Below are positions 26,601 to 39,100 of a stretch of DNA of 64,000 nucleotides, in pieces. The notes under the pieces were generated by a model that saw nothing but the letters and a program-made list of their open reading frames with translations, was not told where the DNA came from and did not search any database. The translations under genes were made by a program, and so were the position numbers. This DNA is from Perna viridis (lineage: Eukaryota): the NCBI GenBank assembly GCA_037379345.1, contig CM074518.1, positions 16,120,001 through 16,184,000 of the forward strand, written 5' to 3'. Each line of letters begins with the position of its first letter. Position 1 is the stretch's first letter.

Positions 26601-27509
26601 CAGTTATTGTTTTAAGTGTAAAAATATTATTATGAAATTGATGCTTAAATATTGTTAAAATAAATTCCACAATCTGTTCCAATCCCATAAAAAATGCTTA
26701 TTTGCATTTTTATTTGTGTCTGTATACTACAAACAGTGGTTAGTTATTAATGTTATAGGTACATGTGTGTCTTAATACAGGTAAAGACATGCACGTACTT
26801 GTACATGTACACTGTGTATTTGACACCTACTGTATGTTCCTTTCAACTAATGGTCTCATTCTACTTGAACCACAAATTTGTGTTCCATTCTTGTTTATTA
26901 GACGACATACCAGACGAAGAAAAAAGTCAACTCCAGACAGTCTGTTTGTATAGGTTAATGGAAAACAAGCCTTGTAAATACAGTCATGTATTTGATGCAT
27001 ATATATGTTTGTTCCTGTTCAATTTGTTATTGTTCATTTTTGAATAAGAAAGTAAAAGTGACTTTGATTTACAATTTTATTATTTATTTTAAGAATTTTA
27101 ATATAAAAATTCAACTTAGCTCTATAATGTGGATGGGGATCGATATCCAATATGAATGTTTACGTTTCGTTCATAAATGCAAATCGTTTTCAAAATTGTC
27201 TAATATTATAATGGGGTCAATAAGGGTACAACCCGTACACGTTTAAGCATAAAAGTTGAAAGGATCATAATTCATACTTTGTGTGGTTATTTTAACTACA
27301 TAACGTTCATTACCCTGCAATATAAAGTAGATGTACATGTATTTACTCTTGTGGACCCCGTTGGGAATATAACATACTTTTCCGTTGTTTTCATACTGAA
27401 ATCCCTTTAACTTGAAGATTAAAGACGGCAGGATGTTACATTGTTTCTCTGACATCGACATGTCATATGGAGAAAAATTTGCGGACATTCAGAGCAAAAT
27501 AACATGACT

Positions 27510-27826
27510 TATCTTCATGTCAACTGATTTATTCAACGGGTCATAGTTTTCCTTCCCTCGTTTGTCTACCCCGAACTTGACTTTTTATGAGCAACTCGGT
27601 GGGTGTTTCTAGAAAAACAGAGGACGCTTACCCCACCGGTGCACCTGGTCCATACTCCCAGTTTTTAGTGGAGTCCGAGTTGCTCATTTGCTTTTGTTAC
27701 TTTGTATGTATGATTTTAGATACTTTATGTTCTTTGTTGTGTATGTCTGTTTTCCACGTCTGGTCTTTGTGCCTGGATTACATTCTTTTGATTACCGCTA
27801 TAACCTTGGTTCCCTTGATTAATCTT
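27510..27826 (+). mobile_element. PLE family-1 3' fragment nested in the DNA transposon
   Basis: AACTGATTTATTCAACGGGTCATAG (end of RT) plus a complete 3' UTR. Confidence 0.9.
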
Positions 27827-29024
27827 TTATGTACTTCAATAACTGGCAGATTAAGTTTTATGGTTTGATACAGCCAGTATGAAATATTCAGTAAAGTTAG
27901 GCATCGAAACGTAATATAATTTCACTGTTGAGTGTTGTTATTAATAACAAAGATCGTTACCTGTCTACATAAATATTCTTGACTTGTTGAAAAAGAAATC
28001 TGTTTTTTTTTTCTAAAAAAGTTTGTGTCTGATTGAAAATTTCTTAGGTACGAAATTAGTACTCGGAAAAATACAGAAAGAAATCTATTCTTTGGTAGCC
28101 TTAAATTTGCAATTTCATCTTGTTAAACAGTTTGAAATTAAGTTAAAACTAGTTACAGTCACAGTCGAGCAGCAAAGTGCCTTCGTGACCCCGAAATCCT
28201 TTGATCTCATTTGCAGTCATCCATGGCGGCGATAAATTTCCCGGGAAAATTTTACGCTCCCCCTGCTTCAAAGAATCATTAAATTAATTAAAATCAATTA
28301 GAAAATAGGTAAACAAAAAATCGTATCATATAACAAATAAATTCGTCAGCTAAATGACGTAAATACAAACATTTCAGACAAACCGATGAGGAAAAAGAAC
28401 GCATAGAAAGTCCCCCTCTCGAAGAACGAGATTTCATTGTTTTGATTTTGAGCCAATGGAAAAGCTGACAGAATTGCATTTCACTCGTCATATCTATTAA
28501 CAGAAGGGTTTTCTAGGTAGGTTGACCAATGAACTTCAAGATCTGAAACGGAATTTTATGTTCAAGGTCGCTCTCAATGTTTATTTGCAATACTTCGGAG
28601 GTTACCCAAAAAACATGTTGTCATTAAATTTTCTCCTGTATTTGTACTCTAATTCCTCTAAATCGGCTTTGTATGGTAAAATTAGAGTTGAAAATGAGTT
28701 ACATAGTATTCATTCAATTCTAACTTGGTAATCATGTGTAGGTTTTGGAATTTTTTTCTTATTTACCCCTCCCCCTTTGTTTTCCTTTGACAGTTTGAGA
28801 AAACATGACAAAAATTTACACACAATTGAAACATTATGGACTTTCTTCTTTTATTTATTGTGAAATACCATACAAAGATTTATCATGAAATAGCCATGAG
28901 AGCTGTCACTTCACTCAGTTCTCAGATTTCCTGGGGCGGACGTGGAAGTAACTCAAAACTTTTCGGTCAATTCGCCCCATTGGTAAAGTTAGTCAATCTT
29001 CGAGTAACACGTTATGGCAAGCTT

Positions 29025-29712
29025 TAAAGAACTTGAGATAAAGGATACTACAGACACTGTGAAGTCAGCCTCATATCTTGACCTACACTTAGAAATCGAC
29101 GGTAAAGGAAAACTATTGACCAAACTTTACAACAAACGTGATGACTTTTCATTCAGAATTGTCAACTTTCCTTCCATCTGTGGCAACATCCCTTCGGCAC
29201 CTGCGTATTGAGTGTTCATATCACAACTCATACGTTATGCCAGAGCTTGCCGAAACTACGCAGACTTTTTGTATCGCCTTAGAACTCTAACAAATAGGCT
29301 TCTGGAACAGGGTTATGTTGCTACAAGATTGAAGTCATCACTACAGAAGTTTTATGGTCGTCATCATGCATTCGTGGGTCGTTATGGTGTATCCATCTGC
29401 ACCATGAAACCTGATTTATTCCACTGATCATTGTTTTCCTTTCCTCGTTTGTCTACCCCGAACTTGACTTTTTATGAGCAACTCGGCGGGTATTTCTAGA
29501 AAAGCAGAGGACGCTTACCCTACGGATGCACCTGGTCCATGCTCCCAGTTTTTAGTGGAGTCCGAGTTGCTCATTTGCTTTTGTTACTTTGTGTGTATGA
29601 TTTTAGTTACTTTATGTTCTTTGTTGTGTATGTCTGTTTTCCATGTCTGGTCTTTGTGCCTGGATTACATTCTTTTGATTACCGCTATAACCTTGGTTCC
29701 CTTGATTACTCT
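29025..29712 (+). mobile_element. 5'-truncated PLE family 1, nested
   Basis: KELEIKDTTDTVKSASYLDLHLEIDGKGKLLTKLYNKRDDFSF..PAY* (GGA>TGA), the remaining C-terminus, and a complete UTR. Confidence 0.92.
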
Positions 29713-30865
29713 TAAAAATGAATGACTGTGATTGTTTTTAAACAAAATAATAAAAATGTGAAGGTAAGAATCCTAACTGTTAACACATAAATGAAAAAAG
29801 ACACGAACAAGTGACAATCATGCGCTGTCAAATCATTGAAAGGACAACCAAAATTGGGCCGATTTGTGAGCCTTGTGAGCGTTCTGCCAAGTGAAAAAGT
29901 GAAGATGGAAATGCGATTCAGACAGTCATCTACGAATTACATTTGTACCAGCCCCATTGTTAGATAAGTATTTATGAATAATTGAAAGCGATATATCCAT
30001 ATATATTTGATACCATTGTAAACTTTTTTTGGGATTCGCGCTCCTTCACGTGTATTAAGATTCACTGAATCTCCAACTCGCTTTTTTCATCGTTCTGATC
30101 CCAACCCGACATATCAATATCCAAATAAAAAAGAGGGGGGTTGTAGGGTCGGAGGAAATTCGGACTAGTACAAATGTAGCCAATGGGTACAAAATATAAA
30201 TATTCTTTGAACAAATATATATGCTGCGTTCTTCATAGATTTCATCTCTCTTTTGCCTTTTTGAAAGATTTCCAATAAAAAATGTTTATTTACACAAGTC
30301 ATCACAATTTGATGATATGCGGAATTCATGCAGAAATGTGCATGTAGTAGTCCAAGTCTGATTTGCATTTTCGGACGTGATACTTTGGGGTTTATGTTTT
30401 TTTTTTCTACTTAAGGGGAAGAAAACCAGGAAAGTTCATGGATCACAATATACAGAAATACATATACTGTAAATATATAGATATATCTACAGTCACTTGA
30501 CTTTCTTAACTTAGAAGATTCATTGATATTTACCTTAAAAAGGGGGCATCAATATCAGAGGGATATGGACATAAAAAGCATCTACAGAATTGCTGAGCAT
30601 ATAATAACTTTCTCAGTAAGTACACTTGCACTTGTAAAGTTGATACAGGTAAGAGAAATAATTGGTTTGTAAACTGTAGTTGTTGAATAGTGTAATGTTT
30701 TAAGGGGTGAAAATAATCATGCTTTGGACTTGATGATTTGTACCATGACAGTGTCTCTCTTCCCCAGGTTTGACAGATTCTAGATTGAACATATCAACCC
30801 TTATATTGAAGATGGTATGATGTTGGATTTACATCAAGCTATACACAGTTCTGTGATACAATGGA

Positions 30866-30866
<1 letters not shown>

Positions 30867-30918
<52 letters not shown>
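30867..30918. repeat. (TA)n microsatellite
   Basis: About 26 TA units. Confidence 0.97.
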
Positions 30919-30919
<1 letters not shown>

Positions 30920-31774
30920 CCTAAAAGCTGCATGTTTAGACTAATAGCTCTTGAAATATCATGTGCCTTGTGGGGTTTAGTTACGTACCTTGCTTTAACC
31001 TTGGTTCCCTTGATTTCTCTTGCTGTGCGACAGTGGGGGCTAGAAGACAATGAACAAAATATACCTGTAATGGGCATTCCTCTTATTTTCAAAAGGTGGT
31101 CTTCATGTACAACTTATTAAAATATTAATTTAGTGAGTTACAGTGCCCACTTTATATGTAGAAATAAAGAAACATGATTCTCTTCCAAAAGCATGCTCAT
31201 TTGAGCAGATTTGGTGTCCACTTTTTCAATATAACACTTGTGTACTAAGATTTGTGTGTAGGGCTATTTTTGCATATGTTCTAAAAGCTCATTGGATGAA
31301 CTAGTGGTATATCATGTATGTTACCTAAAAAGATGTTTGATAACTTTTAAGGCCTTCATAGAATTTCTTAATTACTTAAAAAACAACATTATTTACACAT
31401 AATCAATGCTATCAGTTTTTATGAAAATAAATGCTGAGCCACCTCCCCCTTTTTAACTCCATGATTTTTTTTATTTTGTGAATGAAAGACTTGTTTTTGG
31501 TGATTTTCTGGTAACACTCATGTTTTCACACTAAAATACAGTGTATCACAAAAGAAAATGTTGAATAAGGAAGAATTTTCAGAAATTTGAATTTTTATGT
31601 ATCATAGTGGAGCTGGACAAACATTCTAATCCGCATACATGAAATCTCAATTTTCCAATCTTGCACTTGCTAAGGTCTTTCTTGACTTGATTAAACTATA
31701 AAATTACTACAATCAATTAATAAGAACAATTATAAAAGCAATGATCCAATTAACTACTTACTAACAGAAAAAAG

Positions 31775-32346
31775 TACATTTCTTAACCCACCAGGCCTTA
31801 AAATTGGTCAATATATCTCAGATTTTTTTAAAAATCTATTATGCCATGTTGGTGTTTTTGCATTTATTGGCGTTTTCCACAATTTTTAATGTTTTTTTTT
31901 CAAATATCTTCTCCTCTGACTACTTGACCAATTGGAACCTAACATGGTATGAATGTCCTTTGGGGTATCCTGCTTATGGTAGGATGGTTGTAGAATTTCT
32001 TCACAAAATTTACTTGAATAAATGATACTAAAAACCCACATTTTTTTCCTTTTCTGCTAACTGACATATTGGAGGCAAATCACTCACATATGTAAACAAT
32101 ATTCATAAGCTTTTTTAGTAAATTACATACTTGATTTTAAGGTACACATTTTAAGCTTAATTTTGACTACTTTTAATCAGAATACACACAAATAATGTAC
32201 TTACAATGCATATGTCTAGGTTCAATGTGTTTTTGGTACTACATAGGTGTGGCCATTTAACCTGGAAGTGGTAAGTGAGACCACATCTCCTTGAAATGCA
32301 ATAATTTAACCAGATAAGCAATTTAGGCTCCTGGGAGCCTCTTGTT
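31775..32346 (+). mobile_element. Helentron-associated non-autonomous element (HINE-like)
   Basis: 3' end CCAGATAAGCAATTT-AGGCTCCTGGGAGCCT-CTTGTT (short terminal palindrome) and internal ATCTTCTCCTCTGA, resembling bivalve HINE repeats. A second HINE-like core with repeated GCTGTAACTTTG lies at about 32660-33000. Confidence 0.6.
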
Positions 32347-35300
32347 ACATCATGTGACAGATGATCAGTTTATACTTTATGGATCAGTTGTTTTGGTTTT
32401 CCATATTTACACATATTATCTAAATTATATACATTGTTAATTCAGACACTTGTTGATTTACTTGTCTATCAAATTTACTGAAATACAAAATGTTGATTTA
32501 TCATTTAAAGCGTTAAGAAAATTTAAAATGTTACTTTATTATTTCTGATAAACATTCTGATATTAACATCAACTGATCATCCATCATTTTATTTAACAAA
32601 ACCACTTTTAGATCCTACAGTGATCATTGTGGTAACATGTAAAGCTATATTTCTTTCCATTATCAGGGCCTTGCCATTATGTTACAACTTGTAACTTACA
32701 AGTCATGTCAGCGCTGTAACTTTGTCATTTGATGTAAGCTTGATATTTGGCATGTGGGTATATCAACTCAAGATGTATAAATGATCTTTGACCTTGAACT
32801 TTAACTGCAAGGTCAAATAATGTAATTAATTATTTTGAACACAGATTAGTGTCCAGGCTGTAACTTTGCTGTCATTTAGTGTAGGCATATTGATATTATG
32901 GTAGTATTGAGGGTATATGTATATCTGGTCAAGAGCATGTGTGACATTCCATCAAAATCAGACTGGAGGATAAAGTTGAAAGGGGGTGATCATCATAGCC
33001 AGGATAGAATAAGAGGGAAAAAAACAACATTTTCCTGGTTTCCGCCATTTCAGGCCATAAATAAGCGTTTTCTTCATTTTTGTATGAATTGATTGTTTCT
33101 TATATTTTTAAAATAGTAGATTTTAAAGGCTTTTGATATCTTTCATTCTGGTCATAATCATACATGCTTTGTCAAACATCAAATCACAAGAAAGATTTTA
33201 ACTTTCCAGAGCCGAGTCAAGTTTTAGAATGTTTTGTCTATACGTATTGTTGACCTCACTCTGTTAATCATATTGTGTTTAGTTTTTAGTATATTAAGAT
33301 GTATTTTAGGTCAAGCATTAGTTATTACAAGTTATGATTACTTACTTTGGCTGCAATTAATTAATTTTGTTTTCTATAAAACATTATCATATCCTTTATA
33401 ATACATATAATTTGGAAGAAAATCTAAGATATTAACAAATGTGCTTTATTGTTCGTTTGCTTTTGTTTTTATCTCAATACCAGTAAATGTTTGCTATTTT
33501 ACAGAAATTTAAACAAAGTGCAGCTCTTTACCGGTATATGCAAGTATTATACATCATAACTTAATGAAGATTCATTTTGGGGTTAATTTTCACTGATTAT
33601 CTTTACTTATTTATACAGGGATATGGTATAATGAACAGCAGGAAAGCAAATATGGAGTAATATAAAGAATCCGAATGATGAAACCTGGATTCGTAAAAGC
33701 AGATATCCATGTATCGATGAGGAAACCATATTCCTGTTATAAATTGTTCTTCTCAAAGCACTTACAACAGCTAATAATGAATAAAATTAAAACTAAAATA
33801 AATGATCCAATACAAATTCAATGCTGTTGCACTTGAGAACAATGATATATGATAAACCGCATGTTAGTTGGATTAGGAGGGCAATTGAAAGTATACATGC
33901 ACCATAATTTTCACATGAAATAATTACACCTGTGTCACATGTGTATTATTTCACACATGAAAAACGCATGTGAAACGCATGATTACATATGTGATTCATG
34001 CGTATTACATCTGTTTTTCACACATGTATCACATGCGTGTCACACGCATGTGAAACACATGTGTGGCATTTTTACCAGTGTAGCCTTATCGATACAAACA
34101 TGAAAAATTGAATTTATTCATTCTTGCAAACAATGATAGAGTGTTTTAATGAAGAAATTGAGGTTTATTTCTGGCATAAGTGATAATCTAAGCAATTTTC
34201 GAAAATGGGATACATCAGAAAGTAGGTTGGTTAGGTTGGTTATTCAACATGTTCCATTAACATTGCTATTGTTACATGAGCAACGGCCTTTAATATCAAC
34301 TCATACGTAATACATACCATATATGATAATGCCGAAGCAGAATTAGAATAAAAGATCCTTGCATTTTTGGAAGGCTTAGTGTATTCAACAAACTCCATTG
34401 TAAAGTTGAATAAACATTATAAAGAAACAAAAGTTAATAAACATAACAGATTAGTCAAGTACATATCATTGGTATTTTTTTTATATGTGCTTTAGATAAG
34501 CACGATATTTACGAAATAAAATAAACCTTTTTAAAGCATATTATAGTATAACAAAAACATCATTAAGATCAGATGATTAGAACGTAGCTTTTACATTGTG
34601 CTTTCAATTAAAACCTAAAATGTACACAAATGTCAAATATACACAATCCGACAAAACAATGAAATCTGTGTGATGTGACAAAAAATCATTTCAATTAAAT
34701 ACTAAGTTTTTCAGCTCCAACATAACATGATATTTTCAGAATAAAGTTCTTTATATAACCCTCCCAAGGTTATTTTGCGTCTTTGTTGTGTTTCGTCTCC
34801 CGTCTACTTCCCATGACGAGGCCCGTCAACTCTCTTCTTTTTATCACGTTTTATCCAAATTTATATTTATATTTAGTTTATGTTGTACTTCTTATATGTG
34901 GCTCCCTTTTACTTGTTAATATTTTAATTTTCTCAGAAACTTAATTTTTCAGTAACAGAATTTCTTGATACACCGCGGAATGCTTTCCTCTGTCGAAGTG
35001 TTTTGGTTTTTGCCTTCGTCAAGTGATGATATCAGTATATATCACGATGCAATAACAGAGTTTAATCCATGAGAAACACCGGACATAAGGGAACAACATG
35101 GTATTTTTCAAAATGCAAACCCCAACCAAAAAAGAGGATACAGCTGAAATGTAACTTATGGTTTATTTCTACGTACAAGCTTTGGTAAACTATATAAAGC
35201 ATTTGCAGTAGATATTTTGACGAGTATATAGCCATTTTTTCCTTATTTGAAATCAGCTGAGAATATAAAAATGACATAAAGTATGAAATATCTAGATAAT

Positions 35301-36072
35301 TATACTTGAGGTAAATATGTCCCGTCTTGACATTTGGAACAAAGATCATTGCAGACCCAAATCAAATATATTTACATGGTATAACTCGTTTTGGTACAAT
35401 ATTATATATTTGTTATCATTTCCATTTCAATTTAATACAAAACTGAAAATCCAAAGTCGGCATATTTATACATACCGGTGTATCTGGAATTCCTTCTACC
35501 TAGAATAAACTTTCAAACATGAACACTTAATAATGGAACAAGCCAATAGCTTGCAAAACTGAAAGCATATAACATAAAACATTTATTTGCGCAAAAATAA
35601 TTGTCTTGTTTCAATTGAATTATTGATTACAAAGAGAATTCATTTGAGACACATTGTCACATTAAACACCAGTACACTTTGACGTTTTATGTTATTCCGT
35701 GTAATGTGACAACTTGTCCCGCGGGAACAATATGAATTCTCTATTTCTTTTGTTTTTCAATTAAAAATTATCTAGAAAGTGAACAATCTAGAGAGTGTGT
35801 TGGTGTTTGCAACATCAACAAGGTAATAAATGGAAGGTCTTTTATGTGTAAGATAAAGAGGTGGTTTCATTAGTCATTACAATAATCATAAAAAAATGCA
35901 GAGTTAATTACTTTTCACTCAAAGTTGGCATTAAAATAGATGTGATCCGACTATGATACATTTGGTGAATGCAGTCCAACAAATATATAATAAAATACCT
36001 CGGAAAGTTGCATATGTAAGGGACATTTTATTTTCCAGCTCCCGATTTGAAAAATTAAAAATGTTTATTGAG

Positions 36073-36158
36073 GAGTAATCAAGAGAACTAAGATTCTAGC
36101 AGAAATAAAAAGAATGCAATCCAGGGACAAAGACTAGACTTGGAAAACAGACATACAC
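36073..36158 (-). mobile_element. ~85-nt PLE family-1 3' tip
   Basis: GAGTAATCAAGAGAACTAAG..CCAGGGACAAAGAC..GGAAAACAGACATACAC. It is absent from the paralogous sites at about 20985 and 44275. Confidence 0.85.
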
Positions 36159-39100
36159 ATACTTTATAAATATAAAAAATTGAAGAGAAAAAGTGTTAGC
36201 ACCAAGATCAAAGCACGCAAAAAAATTAACAGGGATAATAAACAGTCCCCCGTGAATCGTATATATGGCTTTCCAGATTAAATGGTTATAAATATCTTCT
36301 TTTTGTTTTGCATAAAGTCAATATACCAACAATGTGCATAATATACGTTGATTACACTTTGAAAGTCACTACTAGAAGTGTAAATACATGTCAAAACCAA
36401 CGAGTCGACAATCTATAGTTTTCTGTTTTAACTTTTCACTTATGAGTGTAAGATCATCATAGATTGGGTATTTATTATGAAGATTATGATTTTGTCATCG
36501 TTTCTCATGAATGGTGCTATCGACATAATATATATGACAACGTTTAAGGTTTTGTTGAGACCTCAGGATCTGTCAGAGGTCAACTTGAATTAGACTGAAA
36601 CAGACAAGACCAATAGAAATCTGACGTACTTATGAATGTCACGCCTCTCAGACCAAATAAAGGACAAAACAATAAACTCTGTTCACGTGTTATCAGATGA
36701 CCAATCGCTTCATTTACTATTGTTTACTACTACAACTGTATGTTTTACAATAACTCACGTGTAAATTATAATAAAACTCTTTCCAGTTTTCCGGAAATGT
36801 TGTAGTTCCGATTACACTTTATTATAAATACATATTAGGTTTTTATGATATTCTACCGATTCCATGCTGACATAAAAAAAAATATATGTAAATTTGACTG
36901 CGACGTAAGGATTTACTTTCAAGTAACTACTTCTATGGCGGCACACGCTTTCTTCTAAGATTTATTATTTACTAAATTATGTATTAACAGTCCCTCGGTT
37001 CATGGAAATATTACGTCATGCAATACTTTTGGTGTTTTCTGTTATAAAGAAGGCAATAAAAAGTAGTGGTGTGGATATATCAATTGGGAGTGTACATGAA
37101 ATTAAATTAAAACACGTTAGAACATACGAACATGTAATAATATCCCATTGACTTAATTAGAAAGCCATTTCAGGTATTCAATGTAACTTCATCTGGGTCT
37201 TACGTTCACCACCAATACGGATTTTTTTTTAATTACTGCTTGCTTTGATTAACAGCTGTAGCCTGACCAGTGGTATGAGGATTGACGACCCATGAATAGC
37301 CTCGAGCTGACATTCTTATCCCGGTGAGGTTGTTGTCTCCTTGATATATTCACCAGATCCATCCTTGTTATATTTTACAAAAAACAATTATTTTTTTTTA
37401 TAAAATTATTATTGAAATGTAAGTGTTACAGCCACCAATGTCCTACTAATATTTACAGCTTATACATTTTATACTGTAATTCAATACCCTTATGTTAGTT
37501 AGCAGTGTTTGTACTTATGCATTTTGCAGAAATGTATTTAAATATTTAAAATTGAATATACTCTTAATCTTGAACTTTATGAAAACAATCATTTTCCTTA
37601 TATTTAAATCATACCATTCTTTTGGAACATTTTCCATACAATATTTCTAATAATTGCATTTCTGACTGATTTCCTTTTTGTTACTTAAACAAACACTAAA
37701 ATACTGCAATGTATGTTGATGTAACACTTGAACTTTTTTTTACTTATTTGTAATTGCATAAACATTGTAAGCACATTTTGTTCAAATTTCAAAATGTTGG
37801 CGAAGCTAAGATAAATAAAATGGATACATGTGCTTCCGTTACGGTCTTAAGTCTACAATGAAAGTTGAACATGCATTTTTACGGAAACGCGTTTAGTAAA
37901 ACCGATTGCTTCATAAATACATTATACAAGTTTTGAATAGTACGTTCTTAGTTTTTAAAGATGCGTTTTATTTAACCTGGTAAACCGGGAATTATAGACA
38001 TACCACGATTTCAGATCGGCCGGCAAACATAGAATTCAAGGCAAGGAAGCGCCATAGTTCTTGAAAAATTCTTCGCACTTTTGTTTGAACTGGCTATTAT
38101 TTTTTTAACAATATGCACTACTTTGAATAGCGCGTACACAAGTCAGAAATTCTTTTTTTTATTATTTTTCATTTTAATCTGTCGTATCTATTACTTTGCA
38201 ATTTGACTGACAAACATTTTTGTTCATTTATTCGTATTAAATATTTTCTTCATTTTGGTCACAAAATGACATACATAAGACCGTTTATCATTGGCACTTA
38301 TCCCCAATGGTCTCTTATCTTCCCATGTATACATGTAAGTGACAACTTGATCTATAGTAAAAATTATCTGAACTTATTTATGATATATAATGTATTTGAG
38401 TCGAAGCCGTTTGTTCGTGGCTTGTTTTACCCAAAATTTATTGAACTACTATAAAGTGTAAGAATCAGGCAGAGTACAAGAAATAACAAAAACATGCATG
38501 TCAAAACAAAAAAAAAAACCACTGATCTGACAATATATAATTTCACTCAAGGCTGCTTTCTCTACGTGAAAAGAAAACATTATTTGATCTCTGCATCATT
38601 GGACTTGTTCAGAAAATTTTAATTAGAATGATAGTAAATTTAGGCGTTCGACAGAGTTATCTGCCCTTGAAATGTTTATTATCACTTCATTTCAATGAAC
38701 GTACAGCTCAATTTACCACAAATATATGAATATTTTTTTTTATTCCGATGGTGCAAATGGTCAACTTAAACTTTTTTAAATGATGGTTTTTGTTTTGTTT
38801 TGTTTTGTTTTTTGTTTTTTTGTTTGTTTTTTTTTTCACAAAATGTTCCATGCTTGATAGTTCTGTAATTGTTTACCTCGCAAGATTATGTCAAAAACTG
38901 TTTCTTGTCGCCGTCCCGTCATCAAAATAAATTAGTAAGTCTATATGGGCTTAGGTAAAATGAGTCCGTTGTTTTCAAATATGTAAGTAGTCCATCAAAA
39001 ATGGGAAAAGAAAATAATTTCATACATATCAAAATATCCAAATATCATATTAAGATTGTGGATAGCTTTATCAAAAAGTAGCACTGATTCTACGTATGTT

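Larger units (their letters stand above)
26276..34080. mobile_element. 7.8-kb non-autonomous DNA transposon, CACTA/EnSpm(CMC)-like, with TA target duplication
   Basis: Left end CTAGGGTAAAATGCCACACATGTGT versus right end reverse complement CACTGGTAAAAATGCCACACATGTGT. Both ends carry subterminal CACATG/CATGTG arrays and are flanked by TA. The paralogous empty site is TGTCCT-TA-GCCTTATC at about 42664-42679. Confidence 0.8.
24800..39050 (+). repeat. Copy 2 of triplicated segment, split by the 7.8-kb insertion 26276-34080
   Basis: 24800-25340 matches 15650-16170; 26243-26275 joined to 34081 onward matches 42600-42760; 35630-36540 matches 20567-21370 and 43849-44670; 38080-38330 matches 46020-46256. 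Confidence 0.8.

Noticed and set aside
26297-26688. His/Cys/Met-rich ORFs
   Set aside because: They are translation artefacts of the CACATG subterminal repeats.
27587-27687. Hammerhead or HDV-like ribozyme assignment for the UTR motif
   Set aside because: There is no CTGATGA..GAAA core. The HDV-like P1 followed by GG is present, but a proper P3/L3 and the catalytic J4/2 strand are not.
29209-29211. In-frame TGA as selenocysteine (some clam Naiads are selenoproteins)
   Set aside because: All other copies have GGA (Gly) here, so it is a private nonsense mutation. No recurrent TGA at Cys positions was seen.
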